Origin: Pocillopora damicornis | Lineage: Eukaryota | Direction: 5' to 3' | NCBI RefSeq assembly: GCF_003704095.1 | Contig: NW_020845295.1 | Coordinates: 1 to 64,000, forward strand | Length of the DNA: 64,000 nucleotides | Part shown: positions 61,101-64,000 of the stretch, piece after piece | Numbering within the stretch: the stretch's first letter is position 1 | How the letters are laid out: each line of letters opens with the position of its first letter | Position numbers and translations under genes: made by a program | Notes under the pieces: generated by a model | The model's database searches: none | Seen by the model: only the letters and a program-made list of their open reading frames with translations | What the model was told of the DNA's origin: nothing

Positions 61101-64000
61101 AAGCGAAAATGGAAGCTGAGTATCACGGTATTGCTGACAAGCTGAAAGAAGCAGAGCTGAAGTATCTGCTCACCAAAGAAGAGAAGGAAAAGGTTGAAAA
61201 AGATTTGAAGAATACCACCGAACGAATGATCATGCTGCAAAAAGGACTCAGCGATGCGCAAGCCTCGGTTAAAATGAAAGAAGAGAAGATTAAACAGCTG
61301 ACGGCTGAGAATTATGATTTGCGATCACAGATTAGGGATAAAGACGAGAGCATTCATCGAGAGGAGAAACTGCGCATGGAAAACATGAAGTCTTTAGACA
61401 CGCTGAAGATAAGGTTGGAGAAGATGGAAGGAGACGATAAGAAGCAACGAGAAAGATTGTTCAGTTTGAAATCAGCGTGCTCAGAGGCGAACGAAGCGTA
61501 TGAGATCGTCAAGAAACAAAACTACGGGATGAAGCGTGAGATCGAAGAAGTGAAGAAAAAACTGAACGAAAAAGATTCCGCTCTAGAAGTTTCTGAGAAG
61601 GAAAAAGAAAAAATGGAGGAGCAGATTTTAAACGCGTCAAGAACTATAGACGACCTGCGCAAAAGTTTCCGAGGAGATGAAAGCATTTCTCCGGATTCTG
61701 CTCTAGGAGTTTCTTTAACATCTGCTTTTGAGTTCAGCTCTGGCCCAAGCAGCCCCAACTCTGTTGCCTCAGATAATGCATTCTCCGGTGATGGTTTCGG
61801 CCAGGAAACTGGACTTCTATGCAAGATGCCGACCATGATCGAAAGTTTCCGTGCGGTTGTTCGAGATAACGAAGTATTGCGTGGAAAATTGTGCGAATTC
61901 ACTGTCCTAAAGGAGAAACAGGAGAGCCAATTGAAGCATTTATCGCAGATGAATGAAATTCTGCAAAACGACGCTGGCATAAAGGAGAAAAGTCTCATTG
62001 GTCTCGAAGACAAAGTCAAGTCGTTGGAGGCCGAAACTCGAGAAGCTAAAAATAAAGCTGTCGAGCTCGAGCGCAGTTTTGCCGTGGTATCGACGCAGGC
62101 GGACCTCTTGAAAACAACTCTTGAGAATCGCGAGAGGGATTTTGCAGAGTTACACGAGAAAATTGACCTACAGGAAGAGAAAGAAAAAACCTTGGAATTG
62201 TACTCCAAATCTGTGGCAGAGAAGTTTGAGCATGAAAGCAGTGAGAAAAAGAAATACGAGGAACTTTCTCGACAGCTGCTGGATGAAAGTACCCGTCAGA
62301 AAAACCGGTTTCAAATCATAGAAGAAAAGCTTTCTGCTTTGTCAAACGATCATGCTGATATTTTCCTTTCCGCGCCAAGTGGTGTTTCTATGGCAACGAC
62401 AGCTGAAGACAAAGTGGATGTGCTGTTGAAGAAGAAGAGAGATTTGGAGACGTTAGTGAGTAGCCTGCAGGCTGAGTGCGCTGATTTACAACTGGCGAAC
62501 GGCGAACTGCAAAAGGATTTAACACAATACCAGGAATCTGAAAAACGGTGGCAAGAACTCGAAGGCGAACTTAGAGCTTCGCGCATTCGTGACGAGCTAT
62601 CCAATGCTAAAGTCAATAAGCTTGGAGAACAAAAGAGGTCTTTGGAAAATGAAAACAAAGCCATGGAAAAGGATTTGGCCGAGGCGAGGAAGAATGAAGA
62701 AAACTTGAAGATCAAAGTTGACACCATGAAAAAGATCAATTCGGATCTAGAAAACGCCAATGGAAATTTCCAAGCGGAAAACGAAAGTTTGAAAGACGAT
62801 TTACGGCGAGCAGATGAAGAAAGTTCAAAACTGGCAAACGAGCTGAAGTCGTTTGAAGTAAAAATGGCTGAGATTGAGATAACAAATGATGCATTCCAGG
62901 TCGAAAACGAGAAGCTACGGAAAGATATCATGGCGTTAACTGAGGCAAAGTGTGGGGTGGAGTTGACGATTTCTGAAGCTGAAAGACAGATAAAGAAACT
63001 CAAAGAGTCCGCCGACAAGGAGAAAACAGACAGGGAAGCTATGCAAACAGTGAAGAACGAAACTTTGAAGCATTGTGAAGAACTGCAAGATGAATTGAAC
63101 AAAGCGAAAAACCATATCACAGCAATAGAGGGGAAGCAGAAAGAAGTTGAAAAATCAATGGAAGAAATGGAAAAGAGCAAGATCGCTTCATCCTCGGAGA
63201 TAAGAGGGCTTTCCGACGAACTACAGTTAGTCAAGAGAGACTTGTCGGAAATGGAAGAACGGTACAAGAAATCAGTTCAAGAGGAAGAAAATCTGCAGCA
63301 GAAATTAAACCTGGCTAACTTAGATATGGCTAAGCTGACAACTGCGCACCAAGGAAGTCTAAAGAGAAATGAAGCGATGGAAAAGAGCCTCCTCGAGTCG
63401 AAAGGTAAAAATGAAGAGTTGGATATATTGCTGGAAAAAACCCGTTTAGAGAAAGCGAGTGTACTCAGAGATTGCAGCGTGAAAGAAGAAGTCATCCAAG
63501 AGCTGCAAGCAAAGAAACAAGAACTTGAAGATGAAAGGCAGAGTCTAACAAACGACTTGTTCGTTGCCACAAGAAAGGTGTTAGCGCAGCAACAGAATGC
63601 AGAGAGCTTAATCAATGAGATTAAGCAACAGAACCGCGAGATGAAAGGAACCATCAGAAATGCTCTTAACAAAGAAGGAAGAGTCGCAGAGAAAGAAAAT
63701 TTCAGTCAAGCAGAAAGCGAAACTAGTGTTTCAGACAATGAGGCTCTAATGCAGAATTTGCGCCAAAGTATCCGAGCTACAGAACGAAATCTTGATTTCT
63801 TCCGCGCGGAGGCCAAAGTAACCGAACACGAGACGAAGAGCTATCAGCGAGACGTCGATTTTATCAACAAGGAGTTCGCTTTACTTCGAAATCAGCTGTC
63901 CTTGTTTTCAACTACTTCTCAAAAGTTATGCGAAGAGATGAAAAAGCTCAAAGAAGATCTGGCTCAGAAGGAATCTTTGTTGGAAGAAAAGAAAGAACAG
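52129..64000 (+). CDS. Giant coiled-coil protein (>2700 aa, 3' end outside window); family unassigned
   Basis: Exon 52127-57451 (TCACAG|ATATG, donor G|GTAAGC, phase 1) joins in frame to exon 60993->64000 (TTTTGTAG|CC AAA GAC...). That exon stays open to the window end, so the ORF track misses it. E/K/L-rich heptads throughout. The true start may be in an upstream exon, e.g. ATG TTA CAA G|GTAGG at 47202-47211. Confidence 0.88.
55174..56601 (+). repeat. Coding tandem repeat: 17 x 84 bp (28 aa)
   Basis: Units such as QISDLQASLETEREENLAARRHIVENES and EICDLNSSLQQAKKDKETMVKDNQRCKF recur at an exact 28-aa spacing from K(55174) to Q(56518). Confidence 0.9.
57485..58189. mobile_element. ~700-bp non-autonomous element with ~115-bp terminal inverted repeats
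   Basis: Left AAAATTAGGAATGTTGTGGCTATGTGTTTGGGAATTGTTTAGGCCTGTTAGATTATCTTGAAATC is the reverse complement, with few mismatches, of GATTTCAAGATAATCTAACAGGCCAAAACAATTCCCAAACACTTGACCAGAACATTCCGAATTTT. The match extends outward to TGAGCT/AGTTCA. Confidence 0.8.
58530..58720 (+). mobile_element. Degenerate TTAA-type MITE fragment
   Basis: ATTTCTCCTACAATC...GAGAAT...CTTGAT...CCAAATTCTC...GGAGAAT motifs in the same order as the 23070 copy. Confidence 0.45.

Noticed and set aside
52995-63672. Long minus-strand ORFs (e.g. 52995-53852, 61522-62208, 62350-63267)
   Set aside because: S/F/L-rich antisense shadows of the E/K-rich coiled-coil exons
1-64000. CRISPR array, rRNA, operon or prokaryotic defence system
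   Set aside because: The sequence is a spliceosomal-intron eukaryotic locus; I found no regularly spaced direct repeats with unique spacers

Overview
Eukaryotic genomic DNA: AT-rich, GT-AG introns, two assembly gaps. The repeat families and gene style suggest an anthozoan cnidarian, probably a stony coral (inference). I reconstructed six protein-coding genes by hand from splice sites and reading-frame phase. (1) The 3' end of a Ser/Thr-rich single-pass membrane protein (+). (2) An 8-exon secreted astacin (M12A) Zn-metalloprotease with a C-terminal PLAT/LH2 domain (+). (3) A complete 29-exon importin-7/8 gene (+). (4) A second, divergent 8-exon astacin-PLAT paralogue (-); the two paralogues face each other across importin-7. 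(5) A 5-exon PA14-domain beta-1,4-N-acetylgalactosaminyltransferase, B4GALNT3/4-like (+). (6) The start of a giant coiled-coil protein (+), with a 5.3-kb exon and a >3-kb exon that runs off the window. Introns and spacers hold many short non-autonomous elements: ~210-bp TTAA-flanked MITEs, 3-bp-TSD MITEs, a 700-bp long-TIR element, tRNA-derived SINEs and LINE fragments. The most notable non-coding signal is a ~155-bp dispersed repeat at 4 loci whose head is a minimal type-I hammerhead ribozyme of the Penelope/retrozyme type. It occurs twice as head-to-head inverted pairs, and the only fully intact core lies antisense to its host gene. I saw no CRISPR array, rRNA or intact tRNA gene.
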